Position numbers and translations under genes: made by a program. From IMG/VR virus record IMGVR_UViG_3300016675_000314: a stretch of 34,085 bases of DNA. One strand, written 5' to 3'. The notes below the pieces were generated by a model. That model made no database searches, was not told where the DNA came from, and worked only from the letters and a program-made list of their open reading frames with translations. This DNA comes from a virus. The stretch's first letter is position 1. Every line of letters begins with the position of its first letter. Positions 8,825 through 17,857 of this stretch are shown here, piece by piece.

Positions 8825-9607
8825 TTAGTTACCGCCAAAGAAGGAGGCGGCAGCTGCCGCAGCCGTGCTCACTTCTTCTGCTGCGGGCGAGTGCCCGCTG
8901 GCAAAACGTCGATAGGCGTAGTAACCTACGCCAGCGGCTGCGGCAGCTGCCGCGGCCCACTTGGCGACCTTCAACACCTTGCCTGTCACCGCATTGGCGA
9001 CAGGTGCCGCAGGTGCCGCGGGTGCGGCAGCGTTCACAGGTGCTGCACCTGCGTCGGCAACGGTGTTGGTGGTGTTGTTGGTGGTGGTGTTGTTGCTCAT
9101 GATTTCTTCCTTAACATGGGTGATGGTTTCCTGGTCGGCACTATTGCCGCCATCACTTTCGACCAGGGTGATGGTTGGTTCAACTGTAATGGCGTGGATC
9201 TTCTGATCCACAATTGCTTCTGGCGCGCTTGGCACCAGCTCTTCAACAGTCAGTCCTTGATGACGCGCTACCGTCTCAAGAATCAATCCCGCAATAGTCT
9301 GCGTTAGACCTGGGATGGCGCACTTGTCGTGCGCAGCGTCGCGCTCTTCCGCGACGCTTGTTATCGCCATGGTTACTCCCATGGTCGCCTGCATTTCCCA
9401 GGCTTCCACGTTGTGCGCCGACCAAGGCGATCCCAGGTGACTTTCAATCACTTGGTAGATTCGGGCTTGTGCTCCACGAATTTCTTCGTGGGCGAAACCG
9501 TCTTTTAATGTGTCATGGATGAGGTTCATGACACTTGCCTTAGCTGCTCCAGCAGCGGCATCACGATGCCGCTGCTGCTTTGCAGCTGACGGCTCTTTAA
9601 TAGCCAT
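8825..9607 (-). CDS. GC-rich hypothetical protein with Ala-rich, membrane-anchor-like C-terminus (260 aa)
   Basis: ORF track 8825..9829; start moved to the ATG at 9607 (AAGGAG-N6-ATG); possible second in-frame start at 9100. Confidence 0.75.
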   Translation of the reverse strand: MAIKEPSAAKQQRHRDAAAGAAKASVMNLIHDTLKDGFAHEEIRGAQARIYQVIESHLGSPWSAHNVEAWEMQATMGVTMAITSVAEERDAAHDKCAIPGLTQTIAGLILETVARHQGLTVEELVPSAPEAIVDQKIHAITVEPTITLVESDGGNSADQETITHVKEEIMSNNTTTNNTTNTVADAGAAPVNAAAPAAPAAPVANAVTGKVLKVAKWAAAAAAAAGVGYYAYRRFASGHSPAAEEVSTAAAAAASFFGGN

Positions 9608-9713
9608 GTTGGTCTCCTTTTTTACAAGGGTTGTTGGGTGAACAGCTTTGCGGTGTTGCTCACTCAACAGGTGTTCCCTGACCCAGTTAGGATCAGGGGG
9701 CGTAAGCCCGCCC

Positions 9714-9866
9714 TTAGGCGGACTTAGAAACCGACGCTTTCGCATCGGCTTCAGCATTTTTCCGGACGCGGGCAGCCCATGCGTCCATTGCGGTCTTTGC
9801 GCCCATGCCTGCCGCAAAGCAAAGGGCAAAGGCCGCTAGCAACTCTAGCGGCGATCTGTCAAGCAT
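9714..9866 (-). CDS. 50-aa single-pass membrane peptide
   Basis: AGGAG-N5-ATG at 9866; MLDRSPLELLAAFALCFAAGMGAKTAMDAWAARVRK... Confidence 0.6.
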   Translation of the reverse strand: MLDRSPLELLAAFALCFAAGMGAKTAMDAWAARVRKNAEADAKASVSKSA

Positions 9867-9921
9867 AGGTTCTCCTAGCCGATTGAATAACAGAACAGAA
9901 ATACCAGCATCTCTGTTCCTA

Positions 9922-9947
9922 CTCACACTAGCTATATATGGTTGAGA
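9922..9947 (-). promoter_or_regulatory. putative early-type promoter motif
   Basis: TCTCAACCATATATAGCTAGTGTGAG. Confidence 0.45.
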
Positions 9948-9972
9948 TTTTTTTAAATCGAATTTATACATC

Positions 9973-10007
9973 ATAAATCCTAGGTCTAGTAAAGACCTAG
10001 GATTTAT
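9973..10007 (-). terminator. hairpin after the radical SAM gene
   Basis: 15-bp inverted repeat ataaatcctaggtct / agacctaggatttat. Confidence 0.7.
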
Positions 10008-10969
10008 TAAGAACTAAATGTTTCAGCTGAAGAACAATTAACGCAAATTTCTTTACGTGCAGTTAATATAACTTCTGCATGTTTTCTTGATAACCAAATA
10101 TTATCAAAATCATCTTCTAATAAATTACCAAATTTATATTTCATTTGATAATCGTCACAACATAAAAATAAATCACCTTTAGAGTTTATGTGAAACCAAC
10201 TATATATTCTACCACCTACTGGGTGTGAATGGTTACAACCCATAATTACTCTATTCTTTACTAACCTTTTATCTACAAGAACCTTATGTTCTGATAAAAG
10301 TCCGGCTCTATCGCTAAGCCAGCCCAGTATATGCACCCTTAAATTAGGAACTAATTCATTAAACGAATTAGTTATACGGGTGTATTCTTCTATACTAGAG
10401 ATATGGCCGTGCTCGGTAACGCCGTTAGTAGTTGCATTTACCTGAATATTGGCTTGTGGGTAGTGCTCATTTATATATTGGAGATTTCTAACTAAAGTAG
10501 TGTAAACTGATTTAGAGAAACCGGCTTTCTCAGACCAACGTTCCTTATCTATATCAGGAATGTTTAGTGTAGCGCCTAATACTACGTCACTATATTTTAA
10601 AACTGTATTTACTTTATCTGGTGTAAACGGCGTGCCGTTACTAAGTATCATTGTTTTAAAATTGTATTTTCTAAATAACTCTAACAATCCTTCAAATTGA
10701 GGGTGTAATAGTATTTCATTATAATGACTAGTATAAATGAAATCAAATCCTGGCTTAAGACAATTAGATTGTTTTAGTTTAGATAACATTAAATCAATGT
10801 CGTGTAAACTAGTGTTGTGTTTAAACTCAGACGGGTTACCTTCATACTTTACAGGACAGTACCAGCATTTTGCATTACATAGTCCATTAAAATCTACTTG
10901 ACCCATCTCTATAGGTATAGTTTTTAATCCGTTTAGAACACCGTCTATTGTAAGCGCTTTATATGTCAT
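10007..10969 (-). CDS. radical SAM protein with SPASM/twitch domain
   Basis: CNAKCWYC (CxxxCxxC), SNGT, C-terminal C...INSKGDLFLCC...FGNL...IW...CxxC. Confidence 0.9.
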   Translation of the reverse strand: MTYKALTIDGVLNGLKTIPIEMGQVDFNGLCNAKCWYCPVKYEGNPSEFKHNTSLHDIDLMLSKLKQSNCLKPGFDFIYTSHYNEILLHPQFEGLLELFRKYNFKTMILSNGTPFTPDKVNTVLKYSDVVLGATLNIPDIDKERWSEKAGFSKSVYTTLVRNLQYINEHYPQANIQVNATTNGVTEHGHISSIEEYTRITNSFNELVPNLRVHILGWLSDRAGLLSEHKVLVDKRLVKNRVIMGCNHSHPVGGRIYSWFHINSKGDLFLCCDDYQMKYKFGNLLEDDFDNIWLSRKHAEVILTARKEICVNCSSAETFSS

Positions 10970-10996
10970 AAATTAATACAAAATAAAAAAGAAATA

Positions 10997-11036
10997 ATTA
11001 AGAACACGAGCCTTTATAGTGGTTCGTGTTCTTAAT
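10997..11036 (-). terminator. intergenic hairpin with T-rich tail
   Basis: attaagaacacgagcc / ggttcgtgttcttaat, followed by a T-run on the minus strand. Confidence 0.7.
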
Positions 11037-11037
11037 A

Positions 11038-11502
11038 TTAGATTGAGGTTACTTTACTGCTGAAGAAAAACCAATCACGGCTAAGACTAGAGATGTCCTC
11101 ATACCCTGTAAAGTCGTATCCTAATATATAGCCTTCTTCATCGCTATTTTCGGATATTACTTTATAAAAACAAAGCTTATCCAAATACCCCATGGCTTTT
11201 AATCTGCTCAATGTGTCGCAAAGTAGCCTGTATAGATGCAGGGTATTATTTTTATACTCATTTATAAACGAGTTATGATCAACACAAACACACATATCCA
11301 TGTATCGCTGCGGCGATACAACGCGTATTGATGACTCTCTTTTGACACCACCAGAGATAATGTCAAAGGGTTTATAAATAGTGATATCACCAAATTCATT
11401 CTTATCGAGCCTAAAGTTACCTAAAAGCTCAATTAAAATATACGCTACGTTTCTAGCTGTGTGTTTAAGTTTCAAAAATCTAACTTGCTCAGCTTGAACC
11501 AT
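11038..11502 (-). CDS. hypothetical protein
   Basis: 154-aa ORF tightly packed in an operon. Confidence 0.7.
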   Translation of the reverse strand: MVQAEQVRFLKLKHTARNVAYILIELLGNFRLDKNEFGDITIYKPFDIISGGVKRESSIRVVSPQRYMDMCVCVDHNSFINEYKNNTLHLYRLLCDTLSRLKAMGYLDKLCFYKVISENSDEEGYILGYDFTGYEDISSLSRDWFFFSSKVTSI

Positions 11503-11504
11503 GA

Positions 11505-11732
11505 TTAACCGAACGTTTTGGTTAGTTCGCTTTGCATTGATTCGAGCAAGCTTTTAGTAGTTGCTGTAACTTTTGGTTTCTTTGTAACAACCTTATTGTC
11601 GAAAATTTTAGTAACAGGTTTCTTACTTGTTGATTTACTTGCAGGCTTTGCGGCTTTGCTCTCAGGTTTTTTAGCCTTTGTAACTTTTTCTGGAGTAGTT
11701 ACCTTTGTGGTTGGTTTATTTTTATTAGTCAT
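11505..11732 (-). CDS. small Lys/Thr/Pro-rich (histone H1-like composition) protein
   Basis: 75 aa, KPTTKVTTPEKVTKAKKPESKAAKPASK; GGAG RBS. Confidence 0.7.
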   Translation of the reverse strand: MTNKNKPTTKVTTPEKVTKAKKPESKAAKPASKSTSKKPVTKIFDNKVVTKKPKVTATTKSLLESMQSELTKTFG

Positions 11733-12453
11733 AAAGACGCTCCATTTCTTTTCCGTTATTTGGATCTACTAAAAGTTCTGCTGGTCGCGAGATTTGGTTA
11801 TCTCGTTCAACAATTTCAAAATATCTAAAAAATGCTACCGGATGAAAGATAGCTACATTGTAATGTTTGTTAATTACTACAAATTTACCAATTGGATATT
11901 TGGTAAGTTGGTTTATCTCGCTAACGGGAGCCAAATACGCGCCTGTGTTATTTTCAAACTTTAGGTCGTAGTAGGGTTCATCGCGCGTATTGAGATAACC
12001 TACTTCAGTAATACGACCAACAGTGACTTCGTCCTCAGTTAAGTCTTCCACTTTCTTTTTAGTGGCTGGTATTTTTCTGAAGTCTGTTGTGGTGTAAGCG
12101 GAATCAGAGCAGATATGCGCCACAATCCGATCATATAACTCTTTATCCGAGAGATCCTTACATTGATATTTCTGCACCTCAATGTAAGGCGTAGAAATGT
12201 TTTTTGCAATGTTTTCCGTTTTGTGATAGAAAACTGCTTCAATTGGGCCACCGTTTGGCCTGTGGTCTTTTACTGCCACCATATTACCAGAGCGTTTATC
12301 TCTGAAAGTATGGATTACAATTCGTTCATATCGCTGACACTTCGAACGAATAACCATACTAGGAATTCTAAAAAACGATGCAAGCCGATCGTAAAGAACG
12401 ACTTCATCTCCTTTTACTTTATTATTACAAAATAACGGCATAAGAAACTCCAA
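11725..12453 (-). CDS. hypothetical protein
   Basis: 242-aa ORF (start may be the ATG a few codons in). Confidence 0.75.
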   Translation of the reverse strand: MEFLMPLFCNNKVKGDEVVLYDRLASFFRIPSMVIRSKCQRYERIVIHTFRDKRSGNMVAVKDHRPNGGPIEAVFYHKTENIAKNISTPYIEVQKYQCKDLSDKELYDRIVAHICSDSAYTTTDFRKIPATKKKVEDLTEDEVTVGRITEVGYLNTRDEPYYDLKFENNTGAYLAPVSEINQLTKYPIGKFVVINKHYNVAIFHPVAFFRYFEIVERDNQISRPAELLVDPNNGKEMERLYD

Positions 12454-12513
12454 TACTATTTAGTACTGTTTTATTAATTGTCAACAGGTTAATGAAAGTA
12501 AGTACTACTTTAG

Positions 12514-12538
12514 TCCAAAATGACAATATGTGTTTATA
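12514..12538 (-). promoter_or_regulatory. putative early-type promoter motif
   Basis: TATAAACACATATTGTCATTTTGGA. Confidence 0.4.
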
Positions 12539-12544
12539 GTCTTT

Positions 12545-12778
12545 TTAAATCAATTCCTGATTACGATACTGCTCTTGCAGTTGACTATACAGTACTTTAT
12601 CGGTAGGGGCGATATTAATTGAATTATTAATAGTAGATAGTAGTTTATCGGTGTTTTTACGGTAGATTACGAATCTGTTTTTACGTTCGGTGTTATTAGA
12701 TTTTCTAGCTTTACGAATTTCTTCATTTATCCAGAGCAGTCTTTGATAAACACATTTTCTTAAACTCTCGTAATCCAT
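12545..12778 (-). CDS. hypothetical protein
   Basis: 77-aa ORF on the coding strand. Confidence 0.6.
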   Translation of the reverse strand: MDYESLRKCVYQRLLWINEEIRKARKSNNTERKNRFVIYRKNTDKLLSTINNSINIAPTDKVLYSQLQEQYRNQELI

Positions 12779-12784
12779 GATTAT

Positions 12785-12964
12785 TTAACTAAGCATATTT
12801 CTAACAAGTGCTTCATTTTCTCTCCAGTCTGGTAGAGGAATATCTTGCTCTTTTTCATGATAGAAAGAAGCCTGACGACCGACTTCTTTTCTTAAACTTC
12901 TTTTTGGTTTATCATAGTGATTATTTTCATCACAGCCGTCATATCTTCTTTTATCGTCTCTCAT
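12785..12964 (-). CDS. 59-aa hypothetical protein (not in the ORF track)
   Basis: Read by hand: MRDDKRRYDGCDENNHYDKPKRSLRKEVGRQASFYHEKEQDIPLPDWRENEALVRNMLS; fills the gap and ends 6 nt before the next ATG. Confidence 0.5.
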   Translation of the reverse strand: MRDDKRRYDGCDENNHYDKPKRSLRKEVGRQASFYHEKEQDIPLPDWRENEALVRNMLS

Positions 12965-13019
12965 GGGTATCTTTGCTTAGTGTAAAAGCTATGAAACATT
13001 ACCACATGATAAAAGATTT

Positions 13020-13538
13020 CTAATAACGTTTTTTATAAACCAAAAACTGATAAAGATAAGGCTCGCCCGTATCGGGATTAATAGATTTACTGGTTTTAAT
13101 AGGAGAGCCAGTTGATTCTATCCATTCTTTATAGGTAGGCAGTCTGATAAATGAATCAGCGCCTCTTACTCTGGTGTATACTCTAGTAAGATGTATTTCT
13201 GTAATGTCTGGATAAAACGCATCGTATATTGATGCACCGCCTATTACCCAGTTAGTTATTGATGAGCAGTTAAATTTGGCTGATTCTATTGATTTTCTAA
13301 AGATAAGATTATCACTACTGCTCGCCTCCAGCGATTGAGAAATCACAAGGTTACGTCTACCGGGTAGCCCGCTAGTAAAATGAGGAGGTAAAGACTCAAA
13401 GGTCTTTCTACCCATTATTACGGTTTTACCCATAGTCATATTCTTAAAATGACCTAAGTCCTCAGGTATATGCCAAGGTAGTTTATTATCCTTACCTATA
13501 GCGCCATTAAGGTCTGCGGCCACTATTAATTTAAACAT
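13020..13538 (-). CDS. folA: dihydrofolate reductase
   Basis: IVAADLNGAIGKDNKLPWHIPEDLGHFK, VIMGRKTFESL, LPGRRNLVIS, VIGGASIY. Confidence 0.96.
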   Translation of the reverse strand: MFKLIVAADLNGAIGKDNKLPWHIPEDLGHFKNMTMGKTVIMGRKTFESLPPHFTSGLPGRRNLVISQSLEASSSDNLIFRKSIESAKFNCSSITNWVIGGASIYDAFYPDITEIHLTRVYTRVRGADSFIRLPTYKEWIESTGSPIKTSKSINPDTGEPYLYQFLVYKKRY

Positions 13539-13541
13539 ATT

Positions 13542-13925
13542 TTATTCTGTTTCAAGTTCTTTAGTTGTTTCTTTAGACGAATCGGTATCTGTTTCAATAA
13601 CCTTCCTAAGGAATTGATCAGGTACATCAATACAGTTATGTATATTTCCATTAATATCGCTAAAGGTACCGCCGTTAATACAACTAACTGGCCAAATTTT
13701 ACCCCATACGGTGTGCTCTTTTTCGTAAGGGCTAGGTGGACAATAATGCTTAGGATCATTTAAATCGTTAGCAGCATTACAATACTTTTCATCCATTTCG
13801 TTACGATATTCACCGCCGGGGTGATTTGCGTGCACTCTGACTATGCGGCCAATGCTTGGCGCGCTAGGGCCGAGAACAGAGCCAATAATTTCTGCTTTAT
13901 CGCCTGGTTTTACATTATAAGACAT
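13542..13925 (-). CDS. hypothetical protein
   Basis: 127-aa ORF, AGGA RBS. Confidence 0.75.
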   Translation of the reverse strand: MSYNVKPGDKAEIIGSVLGPSAPSIGRIVRVHANHPGGEYRNEMDEKYCNAANDLNDPKHYCPPSPYEKEHTVWGKIWPVSCINGGTFSDINGNIHNCIDVPDQFLRKVIETDTDSSKETTKELETE

Positions 13926-13942
13926 AAGTGATTTCCTAAATA

Positions 13943-14437
13943 CTAAAAAGGCAGTTGTTTAAGATGGTCGTAGCCGCTATCTGCGTCTATGGCTGAAAGT
14001 GTTATTCTTAGTTCGGTGTAAATAAGAGAATCTAATTCACTGCACGCATTACAATTTATAGCGTGTGTAGTTATTTCAGTAAGTTGATTACTCGATACTT
14101 TATAGCCAAATAGCTGGACTTTAAAATGATCGATCTTTTCTTCAATAGTGATTGCAGAACATCCTTTAAGATCTTTATTAACACCAATAACACAGGTGTT
14201 GTTAGTTTGTTTTTGTAGAAAATCTGTAATGGCGGAGACAATGGATTCACCAATTATATCCTTTAGCAAATTAATATCTATTGCTACACGACCATCATTA
14301 ATACTAAAGAAACCAATGTCACTTTTTTCAAATATAGTTTCATTAGTGGTTTGTTGTTTTTCCGTATAACCATTAGAGTTACAAACTACAAAAATGCTTA
14401 GTGTGTCATCCAGGGTCTCACTTTGATATTTTGACAT
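13943..14437 (-). CDS. hypothetical protein
   Basis: 164-aa ORF, TAGGA RBS. Confidence 0.7.
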   Translation of the reverse strand: MSKYQSETLDDTLSIFVVCNSNGYTEKQQTTNETIFEKSDIGFFSINDGRVAIDINLLKDIIGESIVSAITDFLQKQTNNTCVIGVNKDLKGCSAITIEEKIDHFKVQLFGYKVSSNQLTEITTHAINCNACSELDSLIYTELRITLSAIDADSGYDHLKQLPF

Positions 14438-14492
14438 TTCTTATTCCTATGGTTAATTTGCATTCACTATATTCAAATTAAAAATAAATATA

Positions 14493-14525
14493 ACACAGAG
14501 TCTGCTTTTTAGGCAGACTCTGTGT
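14493..14525 (-). terminator. terminator after thyA
   Basis: 13-bp inverted repeat acacagagtctgc / gcagactctgtgt plus T-rich tail. Confidence 0.75.
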
Positions 14526-14530
14526 ATTAC

Positions 14531-15847
14531 TTAGATTGCTATAGGAATGTTTATAGCAGGATTGGATTTATAATCTTCAATTTCAAAGTCCTCATAAACA
14601 TAATCGTTTATGTTGGTCTTTTTGTTTTTAATAACAAGTTTCGGCTGAACATCCGACATCACTTCTGTATCCAGATATTTCTGTACAGCATCGGCCTGGT
14701 TTGTGTAAACATGTACATCACCACCAACCCACACAACCTTGTCAGGCAGGGTATTAGTAACACTAGCGATTAGATGCGTTAAGAACGCGTATTGTGGGAT
14801 GTTGAACGCCGTGCCAAGAGGTAGGTCTTGGGAGCGGCAATAAACAAGGCAGCTAAGCATCCGATTAGGAATGCCAACTTTGGCAGCATAGTTGAACATC
14901 GTTTCATATTTTGATAACCCATCATCATTGTCTTTAAATGTAACGTCAATTCCACTGTTTTTGTAGTAGTCATTGATCGATTGTGAAAGTTCATCCATAG
15001 TGCATTTACGAGTAACGAACTGAAATAAACTATGGCACGGCGGAAGTGGTAATTGATCGGCGTATGCTGGGTTCCAAGCCGACACAATGATTCTACGACT
15101 ATCTGGATTTTTCTTAATAGTTTCAATAGCGTTTTGAAGTTGATCAATACATCTAGTGACAACCAGATAATTATCGCCATTTGTAAACTTAGAAACCGGC
15201 TGATAGCCTGCGCTATATGGAAGATCTGGATTTTCGTATTCACGCTGTGTGATTATACGAGTATCTTTATAAAAACGCCATTGACTACCGTACGCACCTT
15301 CACCGATGCTACCTGAAACCAGTTTAATTTTAGGGAAGTTTTCTTTATTAAAACCGTAAGAGTCATTAAGATACTTAACGAATCCTTCGTAGTTAATGTC
15401 TTTCTTAAATTCAGGAGTTTTAATCCATGCTCTGTATGCTTCGTTATATAAAGCATGGTCTGTGTCAGAAGTATTATAACCTTTTACATAGGTTCGAGCA
15501 AATGTAAAAATATCTTTATTAGATGCTGGCCCATCATTTTCACCCCACATTGCTGTTCCAGGAATCACCCACTCATCCCAAATACTTACAGAGTACTTTT
15601 TAAGGTAGTCAATGTTAGTGTTACCGCTAATCATCCAAAGTGTCTCCACCATAAACGACTTGCTATAGATTTTACGGCCAGTGAGCAGCGGCATTTTACC
15701 ACCACTAATATCTACAGTAATTGTTTTGCCAAATTCAGAATAAGTACCCACACCTGTGCGGTCTAGTTTAGCGCTACCATTATCAATAACCGAAGCAAGA
15801 TGGATTCGGTATAGATTTTCAAATTCGCTATTGGCGGTCATTTTCAA
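14531..15847 (-). CDS. thyA: thymidylate synthase with internal insertions
   Basis: DRTGVGT, IWDEW, YGSQWR, PDSRRIIVSAWN, LPPCH, RSQD...FN...Y, GDVHVY.NQ; upstream of DHFR. Confidence 0.96.
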   Translation of the reverse strand: MKMTANSEFENLYRIHLASVIDNGSAKLDRTGVGTYSEFGKTITVDISGGKMPLLTGRKIYSKSFMVETLWMISGNTNIDYLKKYSVSIWDEWVIPGTAMWGENDGPASNKDIFTFARTYVKGYNTSDTDHALYNEAYRAWIKTPEFKKDINYEGFVKYLNDSYGFNKENFPKIKLVSGSIGEGAYGSQWRFYKDTRIITQREYENPDLPYSAGYQPVSKFTNGDNYLVVTRCIDQLQNAIETIKKNPDSRRIIVSAWNPAYADQLPLPPCHSLFQFVTRKCTMDELSQSINDYYKNSGIDVTFKDNDDGLSKYETMFNYAAKVGIPNRMLSCLVYCRSQDLPLGTAFNIPQYAFLTHLIASVTNTLPDKVVWVGGDVHVYTNQADAVQKYLDTEVMSDVQPKLVIKNKKTNINDYVYEDFEIEDYKSNPAINIPIAI

Positions 15848-15873
15848 ATTACTCCTATTAAAAAAAGGGTTAA

Positions 15874-16401
15874 TTAATCGTCATTAAAGAGATCATCAAA
15901 ACTACTATCGTCAGCAATAAAGCCTTCAACAACTAAAGGAATTGTAAGCAATAATTCAGTACTCAGTGTCGGTACTTCTTCTTTACCCACAAGTACCATC
16001 TTTTCGCTGTCTTCACCGGTTGTCAGAATGTTTAGGCAAAGCCTTGGTTGTTTAATTGCAGATTCACCAATAGCTGCTACCCATTCAAACACAGCTAGCA
16101 CCATAACAACTGTTAATTCAGTACTACGTTTACGAACGCTCTCAGTCACTGCTTTCAAATTAAATAATACTAAATCTGTTGCTAGTTTATTTGAATTGTA
16201 GCCTTTACTTTCAAGTTCTTCTACGACTTCATGAACTAGTTTAATAAATGCGTTCTGATGACTAATAATGTCTGTATCTTCGCAAACAACATGAAAGCCA
16301 AATCTTACAAACATTTTATTAGACTTACCAGTGGCAAATTTATTTGCCTTTAGTATATCGTCAGTAATTAATGACGTATTTAGTAGTTTAGACAAATCCA
16401 T
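15874..16401 (-). CDS. hypothetical protein
   Basis: ORF track 15874..16434; start moved to the ATG at 16401 (AAGGA RBS). Confidence 0.7.
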   Translation of the reverse strand: MDLSKLLNTSLITDDILKANKFATGKSNKMFVRFGFHVVCEDTDIISHQNAFIKLVHEVVEELESKGYNSNKLATDLVLFNLKAVTESVRKRSTELTVVMVLAVFEWVAAIGESAIKQPRLCLNILTTGEDSEKMVLVGKEEVPTLSTELLLTIPLVVEGFIADDSSFDDLFNDD

Positions 16402-16402
16402 A

Positions 16403-17521
16403 TTAGTCCTTAAATTGTTTAATAAAATCAGCAAATTGAGTAACGGTCATTGCGCCACCGCAAGCATTAGCGTGTCCGCCGCCGTTAGCAAGTTTGGCAA
16501 TATCTAGAATGGGTTGTGGATTTGCGCTGCTAGCTCTAAAACTAACGCTTACAGTGTCTGCATTTTTAACATTAAAAGTAATAGCAATGTCATAATTACT
16601 GTAAATAAATTCAGAAGTATTGCTAGCAAACATTCCTGGACAATTCAAGATACCTATACTTGTAGGCTTATTAAATTTATAAATAGTGCCACAAACATTA
16701 ATTTCATTAAAGGTCTTAGAAATTGTAGAGCTAGCTAATGCTTCATAGATACTGTCTTGATAATTAACTATCTCAGTAAAACGACTAACATAATGACGGT
16801 ACAAGTCATCACAACGTAGTTGTTCATTAATGCTGCAAATAACGGTCACTGCCTTGAAGGCTGATTCTTCTGTATTAATTTTAATGTGCTTGTTATAGTT
16901 GCTGATATGCATTGACATCATTACGTGTGTCTCGCGCGATAGTTCACACGGTTTCCACAAATCACGCAGCGCAACAGCTTTTACAATTTGTGGTACTGCC
17001 ATTGGTTTTTTAATTGTCGTATCAAACGTAAGGTTGGCGCCAGCGTATTCACCGCTATTGTCAAAGATTAAAAAATAATCGCGAGAATGATCGTCGTCTG
17101 TTAGTTTTGACATGATACTGCTGTAATCATCAATAGCAGACTTGTGGTGATCAATCATCAATAGAGTTTTATATTGCTTTTTATCCAAAGCAAGCAATTC
17201 ATTAGAAGGAATAGAAAAGTCTACAAAAATGTGAGCACGCTCTGCGCTATCGTTGAACTTAGGCAGTTCTTTAAAACCATAATTAATGCCGTGAAGAATA
17301 ATAGTGTCGTCATCAACCTTAACACCATATCCTTCAAGCTCACTAATTAATGCTTGACGCATCAAACACATCGACATAAAGCCGTCCGCACAGGGATTGT
17401 GAAAATAAATAACAAACTTTTTTGTATTATTTTCATAGCACGCCCTCATGAAAGATTGAAAGATGCTTCTGCGAACAACGGCTTTAATAGGATCGGTGTC
17501 GTGTGTGATAATAAGTTCCAT
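16403..17521 (-). CDS. DHH/DHHA1 phosphoesterase (NrnB/oligoribonuclease-like)
   Basis: YFHNPCADG, FVDFS, IDHHKSA, RDLW, SVSFR, GGGHANACG. Confidence 0.9.
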   Translation of the reverse strand: MELIITHDTDPIKAVVRRSIFQSFMRACYENNTKKFVIYFHNPCADGFMSMCLMRQALISELEGYGVKVDDDTIILHGINYGFKELPKFNDSAERAHIFVDFSIPSNELLALDKKQYKTLLMIDHHKSAIDDYSSIMSKLTDDDHSRDYFLIFDNSGEYAGANLTFDTTIKKPMAVPQIVKAVALRDLWKPCELSRETHVMMSMHISNYNKHIKINTEESAFKAVTVICSINEQLRCDDLYRHYVSRFTEIVNYQDSIYEALASSTISKTFNEINVCGTIYKFNKPTSIGILNCPGMFASNTSEFIYSNYDIAITFNVKNADTVSVSFRASSANPQPILDIAKLANGGGHANACGGAMTVTQFADFIKQFKD

Positions 17522-17576
17522 TTTAATATACCTCTTTTAATACAAAGAATGCTGCATTACAATAAAAACAACATAT

Positions 17577-17607
17577 ACCCACACGTGTCACTATAACACG
17601 TGTGGGT
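17577..17607 (-). terminator. intergenic hairpin
   Basis: 12-bp inverted repeat acccacacgtgt / acacgtgtgggt plus T-rich tail. Confidence 0.7.
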
Positions 17608-17612
17608 GTACT

Positions 17613-17855
17613 TTATTCAATCATCCAGTCAGTAGCTTCTGTATCAGCGCTAGTGAGGATCACTTTTTTCTTAATAGCGCCATTTGCTTTCAAAACATAC
17701 ATGGAGTAGCACGTGTGACCAACAAATATGTCACTACCGAGCCTGCAATCCTTATCCCAGTCTTTACGGCGAATCTTTTTACCGTTTTCCAAACCTTTAA
17801 CGGCTGTTGGAAAATTGACAAGAGAAGATGCTGTGGGTTTAATTTGTGTTTCCAT
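17613..17855 (-). CDS. DUF2829/Tad2-like small protein
   Basis: NFPTAVKGLENGKKIRRKDW ... TSADTEATDWMI matches the family pattern F..A...L..G.++.R..W ... s..D..A.DW. Confidence 0.7.
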   Translation of the reverse strand: METQIKPTASSLVNFPTAVKGLENGKKIRRKDWDKDCRLGSDIFVGHTCYSMYVLKANGAIKKKVILTSADTEATDWMIE

Positions 17856-17857
17856 AA

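Noticed and set aside
9608-9829. N-terminal 74 aa of the 334-aa ORF
   Set aside because: A strong RBS at 9607 and a better 50-aa ORF in another frame occupy this region.
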